A DNA stretch of 47,688 bases from a virus. Taxonomy: Duplodnaviria > Caudoviricetes. The stretch lies in IMG/VR virus record IMGVR_UViG_3300032295_000293, positions 1 through 47,688 of that record. One strand, 5' to 3'. The position numbers and the translations under genes were made by a program. Within the stretch, counting starts at the first letter, position 1, and every line of letters starts with the position of its first letter. This document shows positions 47,183 to 47,688 of this stretch, one piece after another. The notes below the pieces were generated by a model that made no database searches, was not told where the DNA came from, and was given only the letters and a program-made list of their open reading frames with translations.

Positions 47183-47688
47183 ATGAAAAAACTGACAGCA
47201 TTATTGAGCGCATTGTTAATATCATCAGCCGCATTTAGCGCAGACATTACAGGAGCAGGTGCCACATTCCCATTCCCTATCTATGCCAAGTGGGCAGAAG
47301 GATATAAAAAAGCTACTGGCACAGGCATGAACTATCAAAGCATAGGGTCATCTGGCGGCATTCGTCAAATCAACGCAAAGACAGTAGACTTTGGAGCAAC
47401 CGATGCACCAGTCAGTGGTGAGAACTTAGACAAGATGGGACAAGTTCAGTTTCCTGCTATCATTGGCGGAACAGTTCCTGTCGTTAACTTAGATGGCTTC
47501 AAGCCAGGCGAACTACGTATCACTGGACCAGTAATGGCTGAAGTGTTTATGGGTAATATCTCTAAGTGGAATGACCCTAAATTAACAGCATTGAATCCAG
47601 GTAAACAACTACCAGATCAGCCTATTACTATTGTACACCGTGCTGATGGTAGTGGAACAACATTCAACTGGACAGACTATCTTGCTAC
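47183..47688 (+). CDS. pstS: Phosphate ABC transporter substrate-binding protein PstS (3'-truncated by window; absent from the ORF track)
   Basis: Translated by hand: signal peptide MKKLTALLSALLISSAAFSA, then DITGAGATFPFPIYAKWAEGY..NYQSIGSSGGIRQI..VDFGATDAP..KWNDPKL..VHRADGSGTTFNWTDYL; AAGGAG SD. Confidence 0.95.
   Translation, partial: MKKLTALLSALLISSAAFSADITGAGATFPFPIYAKWAEGYKKATGTGMNYQSIGSSGGIRQINAKTVDFGATDAPVSGENLDKMGQVQFPAIIGGTVPVVNLDGFKPGELRITGPVMAEVFMGNISKWNDPKLTALNPGKQLPDQPITIVHRADGSGTTFNWTDYLA

Noticed and set aside
1-47688. Stop-codon reassignment, introns or inteins
   Set aside because: Recognisable genes (sheath, clpA, phoH, clamp loader) are full length and uninterrupted under the standard code.

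Overview
Segment of a large, AT-rich, T4-like (myovirus) phage genome, standard genetic code. It carries a virion module (fibre proteins, gp15-, gp14- and gp13-like neck/tail-completion genes, a 1196-aa tail sheath, two tail-tube-family genes, gp4-like head completion nuclease, a Gly-X-Ser/Thr repeat fibre, GH19 endolysin, 3TM holin). Interleaved with it are sigma70-driven islands (SGNH-like proteins, MazG, dNMP kinase, a stand-alone DnaE fragment, GroES, clamp loader, DnaJ, ClpA), plus phoH, four glycosyltransferase-like genes and a pstS cut by the window end and preceded by three Pho-box-like repeats. A T4-type late promoter core (TAAATA) precedes many genes. Main observations: (1) two modular proteins whose module boundaries are marked by [LIVM]-x-E, suggesting head-packaged polyproteins cut by the prohead protease; (2) a recurring translation-gating layout in which promoter-proximal genes are either leaderless or have the RBS/start codon buried in a hairpin that spans their own promoter; (3) an almost proline-free collagen-like fibre with Ser/Thr in the Y position, alongside several glycosyltransferase-like genes; (4) a structured 5' leader of unknown class; (5) a DnaE fragment that stops just before the catalytic aspartates. 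All product calls are from motif recognition by eye, with no database search.
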